Assembly: GCA_033813475.1 (NCBI GenBank)
Contig: JAPXRP010000002.1
Location: 1-55,915, forward strand
Length of the DNA: 55,915 bases
Direction: 5' to 3'
From: Candidatus Hydrogenedentota bacterium
GTDB taxonomy: Bacteria > Hydrogenedentota > Hydrogenedentia > Hydrogenedentales > CAITNO01
Part shown: piece after piece, positions 38,866 to 47,481 of the stretch
Numbering within the stretch: the first letter of the stretch is position 1
How the letters are laid out: each line of letters begins with the position of its first letter
Translations under genes and position numbers: made by a program
Notes under the pieces: generated by a model
Seen by the model: the letters and a program-made list of their open reading frames with translations, nothing else
What the model was told of the DNA's origin: nothing
The model's database searches: none

Positions 38866-38952
38866 CGCGCCGTTCGGGCAGTCTCGGGAGATGTTCCTGT
38901 TAAGGACACGTTTTCACTGGGGGGGCGGTGTCCGGTATCTTCACGCCGCCCC

Positions 38953-39285
38953 TCAGCCCTCGCCCATCTCCCCGAGCAGGCAGTCCGCGCCGCCCTTGAC
39001 CACCAGGCGGATCTGCTGGCCCTCGATGGCCACCTGGATCGCGTTCAGGTCGAAGGTGTCCGGAAGCACGGCGATGCTCTCAATGTTGTCGCGCGGCACC
39101 AGCACCGGGGCCGCCTGCGCGTCCACCTGGGCGCCGCCGGGCAGGTTGCGCCCCACCATCACGCCCTTGGCCTCCAAAACGATCCACCCCTCGCTCTGGG
39201 TCTTGACCTTGCCGACGTAGGACAGGGCCCGCTGCTCGCGGTAGTGTTTCAGCAGCTTCACGCGCACCATGCGGTCTTTTAGCAT
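38953..39285 (-). CDS. Hypothetical protein (110 aa)
   Basis: Host-like GC. Start at ATG 39285 (MLKDRMVRVKLLKHY...). A GC hairpin at 38921-38952 lies between it and the convergent cassette gene. No family recognised. Confidence 0.45.
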   Translation of the reverse strand: MLKDRMVRVKLLKHYREQRALSYVGKVKTQSEGWIVLEAKGVMVGRNLPGGAQVDAQAAPVLVPRDNIESIAVLPDTFDLNAIQVAIEGQQIRLVVKGGADCLLGEMGEG

Positions 39286-39529
39286 GACTTGTGTCCTCCT
39301 CGTTGTCCGGGCCGGGGGCCCACTTCGAGTATAGCACGGACGGGACACGGACGGGGTGGACAGGGCGGATGGGGCGGGGGCAGACAGCCTGAAGGCACGC
39401 CCGTTTTGGTCCCCCGTCGGATTGCGCGCCCGCCCAAGTCCGGAGTGTCCTGCGTTCACGGGCTGTGCTAGAGTATGCCCGGGCGGCATGGACCGCCTTT
39501 TCGAACCTCCAAGGCAGACCCGGCAAATC

Positions 39530-40564
39530 ATGGATCCACACGGTCAGCACCCACCCCAGACAGCCGGCAAGGGCCGGCGGCTCCGTCTTCCGCCCGTCAG
39601 CGTGACCCTCCCCGCAGTGTCGGTTGGCGCCGTCTTCCTGCTTCTGGAATTGGCGCTCCGGATTCTGGGACCGCATGCAGACAGCCCCTTTGACGGCACC
39701 GTTTACGCGGTGCATGCCCCCCCCGAACTCGTTTCCGCCTTCACTTGGGACGGCGCGGGCGAAAGTCTCGCCCATGTCCGGTCCGAGAACCCGGTGCTCG
39801 TGTACGAGCCCCGCCCGAACACCCGGCTGAACGACTTCATCTCGATCAACTCGCACGGGTTCAGAGATGGTGAGTACCTGACCGAAAAGCCCCGGGATGT
39901 CTACCGGATTTGCGTGATCGGGGACTCCATCACCTTTGGGTGGTGGGACCGGCTGGAGGACACCTATCCCAAGGTTTTGGAGGGCCTTTTGAACCGCCGC
40001 GCCGTGCCGGGAACCCGCTACGAGGTGCTGAACATGGGGGTCGGGGGATACAATGCGGAACAGGAGGCCGAACTCTTCGAGGCCCGTGTTCTGGCCTTTC
40101 AGCCGGACCTGCTTCTGGTGCAATACTGCTACAACGACCACCTGATCGGCCAAGACGCGGGATTGTGGCGGCATTTCACCCGGTCCGGCTCCCATGCCTG
40201 GGACTGGATATCCCTGCGCCTTCTTCAGCTGCGCACGATCGCCTCCGGAGACCTTGTCCGCCGGTCGTACGAACGAATCGCCCGTGTGGCCCGCGAGAAC
40301 CGGGTGCCCGTGGCCGCTGTAATCTTCCACCCCAACGAGCCGGGCCGTTCCAAAATGATCGTCCGCGTTGCGGAGATGTGCGCCGGCCTGGGTTTCACCG
40401 TGGTGGACCTGTGGCCCCTCTGCCGGAGGCAGGGCGAGGAGGAGTTCTTCGCGGACGACATTCATCCGACAACTCTCGGCCACCGTCTCGCCGCCGAAGC
40501 CATACTCCAGCGGCTGGACGAGGCCGGGGTGCTTGGCGGACAGCCCGCCGCGAGTGTGCTATAG
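39530..40564 (+). CDS. SGNH/GDSL-family hydrolase with N-terminal membrane anchor
   Basis: Block I CVIGDSITFG, block II/III GVGGYN, and block V DDIHPTTLGH. TM helix AVSVGAVFLLLELALRIL. The start could also be ATG 39488. Confidence 0.8.
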   Translation: MDPHGQHPPQTAGKGRRLRLPPVSVTLPAVSVGAVFLLLELALRILGPHADSPFDGTVYAVHAPPELVSAFTWDGAGESLAHVRSENPVLVYEPRPNTRLNDFISINSHGFRDGEYLTEKPRDVYRICVIGDSITFGWWDRLEDTYPKVLEGLLNRRAVPGTRYEVLNMGVGGYNAEQEAELFEARVLAFQPDLLLVQYCYNDHLIGQDAGLWRHFTRSGSHAWDWISLRLLQLRTIASGDLVRRSYERIARVARENRVPVAAVIFHPNEPGRSKMIVRVAEMCAGLGFTVVDLWPLCRRQGEEEFFADDIHPTTLGHRLAAEAILQRLDEAGVLGGQPAASVL

Positions 40565-40618
40565 TCTTGCGGGGTGCGGGCTGCGGCGTGTCCGCCCCCA
40601 CACGGGAAGACCGACAAC

Positions 40619-42595
40619 ATGGCGATTTGCCCCCATTGCAGGCATCAGAACCCGCCCGGGGTGAGAATATGCGCCCGGTGCGCCAAGCCGCTGGCCAACG
40701 CGACGAGCGAGGAGGCCACCCGCCTCGCCACGCCGCCGGCCGAGGACATGCAGTTCCGCCGGGGCCAGGTGGTCAACGGCCGCTACACGGTCCTCGACAT
40801 GATCGGCCGGGGGGGGATGGGGTGCATCTACAAGGTCCACGACAACGTCCTGGGGGAGGATGTGGCGCTGAAGACGCTGCTGCCGCAGTTCCTGCGGGAC
40901 AAGATGGTGGTGGAGCGGTTCTTCAACGAGGCGCGGATCGCGCGGAAGCTGGCCCACCCGAACATTGTGCGGGTCCACGACATCGGCAGCGCGGGCAAGG
41001 GCGTCTTCATCTCGATGGAGTATGTGCAGGGCGAGTCCCTGCGCAACATGATCGAGAAGCTGCCGCCGGGCAAGCGGCTCCCCGTGGCCGAGGTGCTCCG
41101 GATCATTGACCAGCTCTGCGTGGCCCTGGAGTACGCCCACCAGTACACGATCCACCGGGACATCAAGCCCGAGAACGTGATGATTGACCGCGACCGGCGC
41201 GTCAAGCTGATGGACTTCGGCATCTCGAAGCTCATGGACAACCCGCGCATGACGGGCACGGCCGTCGTCATGGGCACGCCGTACTACATGTCGCCGGAGC
41301 AGCTCCGCACGAGCCACGACGTGGACGCCCGCGCGGACATCTACAGCGTCGGCGTCGTCCTCTACGAGGTGCTCACGGGCAACATGCCCACCGGCGTGCC
41401 CCGCCCCGCCTCGCAGATGCTCGAGGACATCCCGCCCGCCATGGACGAGATCGTGGCGAAATGCGTGGACCCCAACCCCGACCGCCGCTACCAGAACGCC
41501 GCGGAGCTGCGCGCCGCGCTCCAGCCCGTCATCCAGCTCGTGGCGCAGGGCCGGGACATCACCAAGGTCTCGCGGCGGCAGGCCCGCGGCGGCGGCGCCT
41601 TCCCCTGGCGGAAGGCCGCGGGCTGGACGCTCGCGGCCCTCATCGCCGGGGGCGTCCTGGTCGGCCTTGCCGGGCTGGGGCGCTCATGGGGCGCGGTCCC
41701 GGACGCGGCGCCCGCCGGCCCGGTTTCGGCCGCCGGGGGCCGCCTTGCCGAGGTGTGCGGCCTGATCGCCGGGGTGCGCGCGCGCGTGGAGCCCCTTGCC
41801 GGCGCCTCCGAGGCCAACCGGTCGCTTTTCACCGAGGCCGAGCGGCGGCGCGGCCTGCTGGAGGCCGCCGGGGCCGGCGCCCCCGTGTCCGACGCCGAGG
41901 AGGTGCTCCGGTGCTACCTCGCCCTCGCCCTCGCCCGGGCCGACATGGCTTTCGTGCCCGGCGGCCCCGTCACCGTCGGCGGCGTCCCCGTGGTGGTGCC
42001 GGGCTTCCTCATGGACACCACCGAGGTCACCATGGGGCGCTACGCCAAGTTCGCCGCCGAGATCACCGGCGGATGGCGCGTGCCCCCGGAGGTCCGCGAC
42101 ATGATGCAGGCCTACCCCGACTACCCCATGACCTGGGTCTCCCTCTTCGACGCCCAGGCCTGCGCCGCCCATTTCGGCAAGACCCTCCCCACCCGCGCCC
42201 AGTGGGCGCTGGCCGCCCACGGCGGCAAGGACACCTCGGACATGTACCCCTGGGGCGGCGACTGGCAGTCCGGCGCCTGCAACTGCCAGACCCAGAAGCT
42301 CTCCCCCGTGGCCGCCTTCGACCGCGACCGCTCCTGGTGCGGCATGGCCGACCTCGCCGGCAACGTCAGCGAGTGGACCCTCACCCCCGCCGACCCCGCC
42401 GCCGCCGGCCGCCGTCCCGACTTCGGCGACCTCCTGCTCGTCTGCGGCGGCAATTTCGCCGACGCCCCCGCGCCCCTGCGCGCCGACCGGCAGGTCGCCT
42501 ATGAGACCCGCGCGGCGAACCTCGGCTTCCGCTGCGTCCTCGAAATCGGCGTCGGCGCCGAAGAGGTCGCCGAGATTCTCCGCCGCCTCGGCTGA
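40619..42595 (+). CDS. Ser/Thr protein kinase with N-terminal zinc ribbon, TM segment and C-terminal FGE/SUMF1-type domain
   Basis: Zinc ribbon CPHCRHQNPPGVRICARCAKP. Kinase motifs HRDIKPENVMI, DFGISK and GTPYYMSPE. TM helix WTLAALIAGGVLVGLAGL. C-terminus (TEVTMGRYAKF..., WGGDW..., GNVSEWT, GFRCV) fits the FGE-sulfatase domain. Confidence 0.9.
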   Translation: MAICPHCRHQNPPGVRICARCAKPLANATSEEATRLATPPAEDMQFRRGQVVNGRYTVLDMIGRGGMGCIYKVHDNVLGEDVALKTLLPQFLRDKMVVERFFNEARIARKLAHPNIVRVHDIGSAGKGVFISMEYVQGESLRNMIEKLPPGKRLPVAEVLRIIDQLCVALEYAHQYTIHRDIKPENVMIDRDRRVKLMDFGISKLMDNPRMTGTAVVMGTPYYMSPEQLRTSHDVDARADIYSVGVVLYEVLTGNMPTGVPRPASQMLEDIPPAMDEIVAKCVDPNPDRRYQNAAELRAALQPVIQLVAQGRDITKVSRRQARGGGAFPWRKAAGWTLAALIAGGVLVGLAGLGRSWGAVPDAAPAGPVSAAGGRLAEVCGLIAGVRARVEPLAGASEANRSLFTEAERRRGLLEAAGAGAPVSDAEEVLRCYLALALARADMAFVPGGPVTVGGVPVVVPGFLMDTTEVTMGRYAKFAAEITGGWRVPPEVRDMMQAYPDYPMTWVSLFDAQACAAHFGKTLPTRAQWALAAHGGKDTSDMYPWGGDWQSGACNCQTQKLSPVAAFDRDRSWCGMADLAGNVSEWTLTPADPAAAGRRPDFGDLLLVCGGNFADAPAPLRADRQVAYETRAANLGFRCVLEIGVGAEEVAEILRRLG

Positions 42596-43031
42596 GGGCG
42601 CGCGCCTGTCACACCCATATTCCATGTGGCGCTCGCCAATGAACCCGAAAAGGTTGTTCGCCCGGCACAGGAAGGCCCCAAGTTTTGGGGGCTCCTTGCG
42701 CGTTTCCCCGCGTCTTTTCCCGGATTTGTCGGTGTTCATCGGTGGGTGCTTCTGAAGGAAGGCCGTTCTGCCTGCGTCCTTGGGGGGCGGCTTTGTGAGG
42801 AAACCACCGATGAACGGTGATGAACACCGATGGAGAGCGCGAGAACCCGGGGGCGGGCATTCCGACGCGGCGACCTCTTGCCGGATTGCCTGCGGTAGCA
42901 TGTGACATGGTCTGTCTGGTTCCGGCGTAGCGGGGCGGCGTGTTCCTGTCAATGGAGCCGCAGGGGCCTCCCCTGACCGGAAAGGCGGGGGGGGGCGGGG
43001 ACCGGAACCGGGATGGGTGTTATGGGGCGAA

Positions 43032-43286
43032 CGGGAATTTGCGGCGCACGGCACTCCCCATGAACGGAAAAAGGAACGGCCTGTCTTCTGCCGGGGACAG
43101 CGGCTGAAGACGTTCTACAAGGCCTACGTTGTCCGCTGCGGGGCCATTGTTGTCGAACTGAAGGCTTTGGGAGAGTTGTCTCGAACGGAGGACGCGCAGG
43201 TGATCAATCATCTCAACGCCTCCGGCCTCCACCGCGGGCTTCTCCTCAACCTCGTCACCCCCAGCCTGCAGCACAAGCGGCTTTTG
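43032..43286 (+). pseudogene. GxxExxY-family gene fragment (C-terminal ~85 aa, 5' truncated)
   Basis: REFAAHGTPHERKKERPVFCRGQRLKTFYKAYVVRCGAIVVELKALGELSRTEDAQVINHLNASGLHRGLLLNLVTPSLQHKRLL aligns to the family core (...VELKA...H.AQL.NYLKA.GL..GLL.NF......KR). The GxxExxY N-terminus is missing. No stop codon separates it from antisense read-through into thiL. Confidence 0.55.
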
Positions 43287-43358
43287 TCAGGGCACCGCCA
43301 ACGGCAGTTTCCCTTCTGCCTCTGCGAAAATCTGCGCAATCCGCGGACAAAACGTGTC

Positions 43359-44336
43359 TTACGCGGTGAAGTGGTCGAACCCGAGGTGGGCGGCCTCCTG
43401 GCCGTCGAGGCGGACGCCGCGCCAGCCCTCCTCGACGCGGCCGACGACGGTGAGGGGGACGCCGAATTCGGCGGCAAAGTCGGCGCAGAGGCCGGGGGCC
43501 TCGCGGGGGTCGAGGGCGACGGCAAGCTCGTAGTCCTCCCCGCCGGAGAGGGTGAGGCTTTCGAGGGACTGGCTGATGGCGCTCTCGAACCCGTTGAGCG
43601 CGGGGGCGAGGGGCACGAGGTCGGAGTCCACGTTGACGCCCAGGCCGCTGCGCCGGCCGATGTGGCCGAGGTCCTGCAGGAGCCCGTCGCTCAGGTCTAT
43701 CATGGCGTGCACGGCGGCGTGGCGGGCCATCCAGCGGCCCTCGGCCAGGCGGGGTTCGGGCCGCAGATGGGCCTGGAGCAGCACGGGCGCGTCCACCCCG
43801 TTCACCAGCGCCAGCAGGCCCGCGGCGGACTGCCCGGGGTAGCCCGTGACGGCGACCACGTCGCCGGGGCGCGCGCCGTCCCGGGTGACATGGCGGCCCT
43901 CGGTCACGGCGCCCACCACGGACAGGTCGAGCATCATGCCGGCGGGGGAGCAGGTCATGTCGCCGCCGACGAGGGCGGCGCCGCAGTGCTCCACGGCGGC
44001 GGCGATGCCCGCGCACACGCGGGCCATGTGGTCCGCGTCGCTGTCCCGGGGGCAGGAAATGGTGGCCAGGGCGAAAAGGGCCGAGCCGCCCATGGCGGCG
44101 ATGTCGCTCAGGGCGGCGGCGGCCGCCTTCCAGCCGATGTCCTCCGGCCCGGCCCATTCGCGGCGGAAGTGGACGTTCTCCACAAAGCCGTCGCAGCTCG
44201 CCAGCAGCAGCATGCCGCCCGCGCGCAGGACGGCGCAGTCGTCGCCGGGCCCCAGCACCACGCAGTCCGCCCCCTTGAGGGGCCCGGTGACGCGCTCGAT
44301 GAAATTGAACTCGCCCAGGTCGCAGATGGTGCCCAT
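43359..44336 (-). CDS. thiL: Thiamine-monophosphate kinase
   Basis: GEFNFIERV, GPGDDCAV, DGFVENVHF, and WKAAAAALSDIAAMGG...GGD, which is the ThiL/PurM-fold pattern. Confidence 0.9.
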   Translation of the reverse strand: MGTICDLGEFNFIERVTGPLKGADCVVLGPGDDCAVLRAGGMLLLASCDGFVENVHFRREWAGPEDIGWKAAAAALSDIAAMGGSALFALATISCPRDSDADHMARVCAGIAAAVEHCGAALVGGDMTCSPAGMMLDLSVVGAVTEGRHVTRDGARPGDVVAVTGYPGQSAAGLLALVNGVDAPVLLQAHLRPEPRLAEGRWMARHAAVHAMIDLSDGLLQDLGHIGRRSGLGVNVDSDLVPLAPALNGFESAISQSLESLTLSGGEDYELAVALDPREAPGLCADFAAEFGVPLTVVGRVEEGWRGVRLDGQEAAHLGFDHFTA

Positions 44337-44339
44337 GCC

Positions 44340-45227
44340 TCAGCCCTCCAGTTCGCGCCAGGCCTCCGACAGCCCGCGGACCAGGTCGCCCGCCGTCAGG
44401 GCGCGGGGGGACACCCCACGCACCGCAATGTCGCCCGCCAGCCCGTGGACGTACGCGGCCGCGCAGGCCGCCTCCCACGGGTCCATGCCCTGGGCCAGCA
44501 GCCCGCCGGCCAGGCCCGCCAGCACGTCGCCCGACCCCCCGGAGGCCATCCCCTGGTTCCCCGTCGGGTTCACCGCCGCGCGCCCGTCCGGCGCCGCGAT
44601 CACCGTGCGCCAGCCTTTCAGCACCACCACGGCGTTCCATTTCTCGGCATAGTGCAGCGCCGCCGTCTCCCGCGCCTCCTGGATTTCCGCCGTCGAAAGC
44701 CCCGTCAGGCGCGCCATCTCCCCCGGATGTGGCGTCAGCACCGGCGGCGGCAGCGCCCGCGCGCGGCAGGGCCCGGACAGGGGCCGGTCCCATGCCAGCG
44801 CGTGCAGCGCGTCGGCGTCCACCGCCAGCGGGCCGTCCCAGCCGCGAATGAACCGCCGCGCAAAGGAAATGGTCTTCGGGTGGCGCGAAAGTCCCGGCCC
44901 GATGAGGACCGCGCCGCGGTCCCTGGCCGCCTCCAGCGCGGGGGCTGCGGCCTCGCGGGAAAAGGAGGCGGCCTCCGTGGCGGGAAGCGGCAGCTTCATC
45001 GTCTCCACGAGAACGGCCTCCAGGATGTCCGCGAGAGGTTCGGGCACGCCCAGGGTGACCAGGCCCGCCCCGCTGCGGCAGGCCGCCTCGCAGGCGAGCC
45101 GGGCCGCGCCGGTCATCCCGCGCGACCCCGCCAGCACGAGCAGGTGCCCGAAGACGCCCTTGTGCGCGTCGCGGGGGCGCGGCGGCAGCCCTTTCAGCAC
45201 CTGGGAATGTGTCAGCATGTCCGCCAT
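44340..45227 (-). CDS. nnrD: ADP-dependent NAD(P)H-hydrate dehydratase (YjeF C-terminal type)
   Basis: HKGVFGHLLVLAGSRGMTGAARLA, GPGL, and GGSGDVLAGL. The stop lies 3 nt before the thiL start. Confidence 0.85.
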   Translation of the reverse strand: MADMLTHSQVLKGLPPRPRDAHKGVFGHLLVLAGSRGMTGAARLACEAACRSGAGLVTLGVPEPLADILEAVLVETMKLPLPATEAASFSREAAAPALEAARDRGAVLIGPGLSRHPKTISFARRFIRGWDGPLAVDADALHALAWDRPLSGPCRARALPPPVLTPHPGEMARLTGLSTAEIQEARETAALHYAEKWNAVVVLKGWRTVIAAPDGRAAVNPTGNQGMASGGSGDVLAGLAGGLLAQGMDPWEAACAAAYVHGLAGDIAVRGVSPRALTAGDLVRGLSEAWRELEG

Positions 45228-45401
45228 GATCCGCTCCTGCCTCCATGGTACCGCCGGACGCGCCCCGTGTCAACCGGCGCGGACGGGGAAACGGCCGGGA
45301 CGGCGGGGGTTTTTCACGCTCCAAGTCATTGCGCGGCAGAGCAGAAATGGCATACACTATATTTATTTACATGGCCATTTCCGCCTTTGTTTTCAACCCT
45401 A

Positions 45402-45430
45402 TTGACTTTTTAGAGGCCCTTTTGTAAACT
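45402..45430 (+). promoter_or_regulatory. Sigma-70-type promoter TTGACT-N17-TAAACT overlapping an 8-bp inverted repeat (TTGTAAAC...GTTTACAA)
   Basis: Hexamers at 45402-45407 and 45425-45430. Inverted-repeat arms at 45422-45429 and 45446-45453, directly upstream of integrase ATG 45470. The segment is AT-rich. Confidence 0.5.
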
Positions 45431-45469
45431 ACCCGGGTAATTCTTGTTTACAACCGACAGGGGTCACCG

Positions 45470-46660
45470 ATGGGAAAACACGCGGATTCGATGGGGTGGT
45501 CGCTTCAACTGAGGAGCAAAACTTACTTCGTATACCACCGGTACCACCCACAAGGCAAGCTGGTCGGAAAGACCACCGGGGAGCAGGACAAGGAAAAAGC
45601 CATCGTGAAGGCTCTTGAGATTGTCAAAGAAGCAAGGGCCGAACTGGGTGTTGTGACAGATAACTACTACGTCGCTTATCTTGATGCTGTTGATAGGCGG
45701 AAGAAAGAGGAAGAGCTTCTGCTGGGCAATGAGCTGGACAAGATCAACCCCCGTCTTACCACCCTCTGGAGGCTGGGAGACACCTACCTGCTGGACACGG
45801 GCTGGTTCGTGGACTGGCTCAGAGAGAATAAGCCCTTTTCCGTGCTGTGCAGTTACCGGACCGTCTGGAAGATGTTCGTTGAACAAAACCCCCAATTGGT
45901 CCGGATCAATGAAGTCCGGCCAGAGCACATCCAGAAGGTCTACGATCTCAAGCGGGGCGAAGTCACCCACACCACGATGGTTACGAGCTATTCGTCCTGG
46001 CTCAGGGGTATCTTCAAGCACCTGATCCGGTTGGAATGGTACCACGGGGAAAACCCAGCACCAACCCTCTCCCTTCAGCACAATTTGATCGCACCCAAAG
46101 AACGGCCAAACATCTTGTCGGAGAAGGAATTGGTTCAGTTGCAGGCCGTGTTCGATGAGTTCGGGAACGGGTTCGATCTGGCGTTCACCCTGATGAGGCA
46201 CACCGGGATGCGAAAGGCAGAGGCCGTCAATCTCCTTTGGGAGGAGGTTCATTTGGATGCTAAACCTCACCCGTATCTCCAAATCCAACCGCACGCTGAG
46301 GACAAGGCCCGTGGGGTTGTCAAAAGTACGATCAAGACCCGTAACAGTGTCCGGCTCGTCCCCATCCGACAGGACCTTTTGGACTGCCTGAAGAAGCATC
46401 GCAAGGAATCCGGATACGTGGTTCCCATGGAGAAGTACCGCTGGCTCAGGCATAACTTCATGTTGCCCACCTCTCTGCGAACCAAAATGAAGGCCGCGAA
46501 CCCGAGGTTTCACTTTCACCTGCTCCGCCACACCTTCATCTCCAACGCGTTGATGGCAGGAGTCCCGCCGGTAAAGGTTTCCAAGTGGGTTGGGGATTCC
46601 CTCGGGATGATCCTCAGCACCTACACGCATTGCATCCCCGACTCCGACATCAATTTCTAG
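45470..46660 (+). CDS. Tyrosine-type site-specific recombinase/integrase
   Basis: Catalytic-domain pattern: RHTGMRKAEAVNLLWEEV (Arg I), HLLRHTFISN (His-x-x-Arg) and ...LSTYTHC (Tyr). GC is about 60%. It marks the left edge of the low-GC island. Confidence 0.85.
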   Translation: MGKHADSMGWSLQLRSKTYFVYHRYHPQGKLVGKTTGEQDKEKAIVKALEIVKEARAELGVVTDNYYVAYLDAVDRRKKEEELLLGNELDKINPRLTTLWRLGDTYLLDTGWFVDWLRENKPFSVLCSYRTVWKMFVEQNPQLVRINEVRPEHIQKVYDLKRGEVTHTTMVTSYSSWLRGIFKHLIRLEWYHGENPAPTLSLQHNLIAPKERPNILSEKELVQLQAVFDEFGNGFDLAFTLMRHTGMRKAEAVNLLWEEVHLDAKPHPYLQIQPHAEDKARGVVKSTIKTRNSVRLVPIRQDLLDCLKKHRKESGYVVPMEKYRWLRHNFMLPTSLRTKMKAANPRFHFHLLRHTFISNALMAGVPPVKVSKWVGDSLGMILSTYTHCIPDSDINF

Positions 46661-46970
46661 CCGGCGTCGTCCGGCCATATCTGGCTGTGGCCCCCGAGTG
46701 CCAGCTGTCCTCAAGGCGTCTGTGCGGCTCAGGAGGCCTTTCCCTCGCTGGCATCCGTTAGTTGTACCCTACCGGTGACGGCGTGGCCTGTTGGCCGTCT
46801 GTCAGGCTTTCAGCTGTGCCAGGCTTTGGGGCGTCGGGCTGGGGTTTCGACACGTGACGAAACGACTAGCGCACGGATACGCCGTGCCTGCAACCTGATC
46901 CATGCAGTCAGTCCAGAGACGTCCCCTTGGGCATGCAACGTCGCATGGTCCGTATTTTCAGGGCCCTCAC

Positions 46971-47459
46971 TTATTGTGGTGGGCGGAGCTCCTTCGGGTT
47001 GATGCGGGCGAGAACCGGTTTCTTTGCCAATGTGTGCTCAACCCCACAGTACAATACGGAATCACCAACGCTCTCAAGCGCTTGTTTCCTGTCGATGAAG
47101 CCACACCATTCATCGCCCGGCGCAAGTGTCACCGGAAGGGGGGCGCTAGAATCGGGCTGACGGATAAAGAATCCCCCCCCTGCCGGTTTTCTAAGAAGAC
47201 GGTGTATTCGGCTCTTGAATGGATAGCCAACAAGGGTAGTTACTCTCGCTGGACGGCTTCCTATGTTCACAACTCGGATCTGAATGAGTTGTCTGGGATC
47301 AAGAGCTCTTGTGATGGGATGGATTGCCTGCATGTTGGGGTTCACCGAAACCTCCAGGCGGGGCCCATCCTTCTTCCACTTGATGACGTCCCAGACGATC
47401 GCCGCTGTTCCGGCGATGGCTCCCCACACTGCGATTGCCGTTGTTGCATCCACCTTCAC
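46971..47459 (-). CDS. Membrane-anchored hypothetical protein downstream of hsdR
   Basis: N-terminal TM helix TAIAVWGAIAGTAAIVWDVIKW, then a beta-rich ~130-aa domain (RLEVSVNPN...IQIRVVNIGSRPARV...VTLAPGDEW). The start lies 22 nt after the hsdR stop on the same strand. No family recognised. Confidence 0.55.
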   Translation of the reverse strand: MKVDATTAIAVWGAIAGTAAIVWDVIKWKKDGPRLEVSVNPNMQAIHPITRALDPRQLIQIRVVNIGSRPARVTTLVGYPFKSRIHRLLRKPAGGGFFIRQPDSSAPLPVTLAPGDEWCGFIDRKQALESVGDSVLYCGVEHTLAKKPVLARINPKELRPPQ

Positions 47460-47481
47460 TGCCTCCTCTTCCGTTGTCCGC

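Noticed and set aside
32488-43286. The idea that the two GxxExxY fragments are halves of one gene split by a 10.5-kb inversion mediated by the flanking inverted repeats.
   Set aside because: The orientation fits, but the fragments overlap in the family alignment. Both contain the ...E.E(L/F)...(G)... segment: EAPEGELRRCLRV versus GEREFAAHGTPHE. They cannot be complementary halves of a single gene and are more likely two separate decayed copies.
45228-46970. Search for a tRNA/tmRNA integration target or other RNA gene flanking the integrase.
   Set aside because: I could not fold any stretch into a cloverleaf or find a GTTCRANYC T-loop motif by eye. Absence should be confirmed with tRNAscan-SE, but I do not report an RNA gene.
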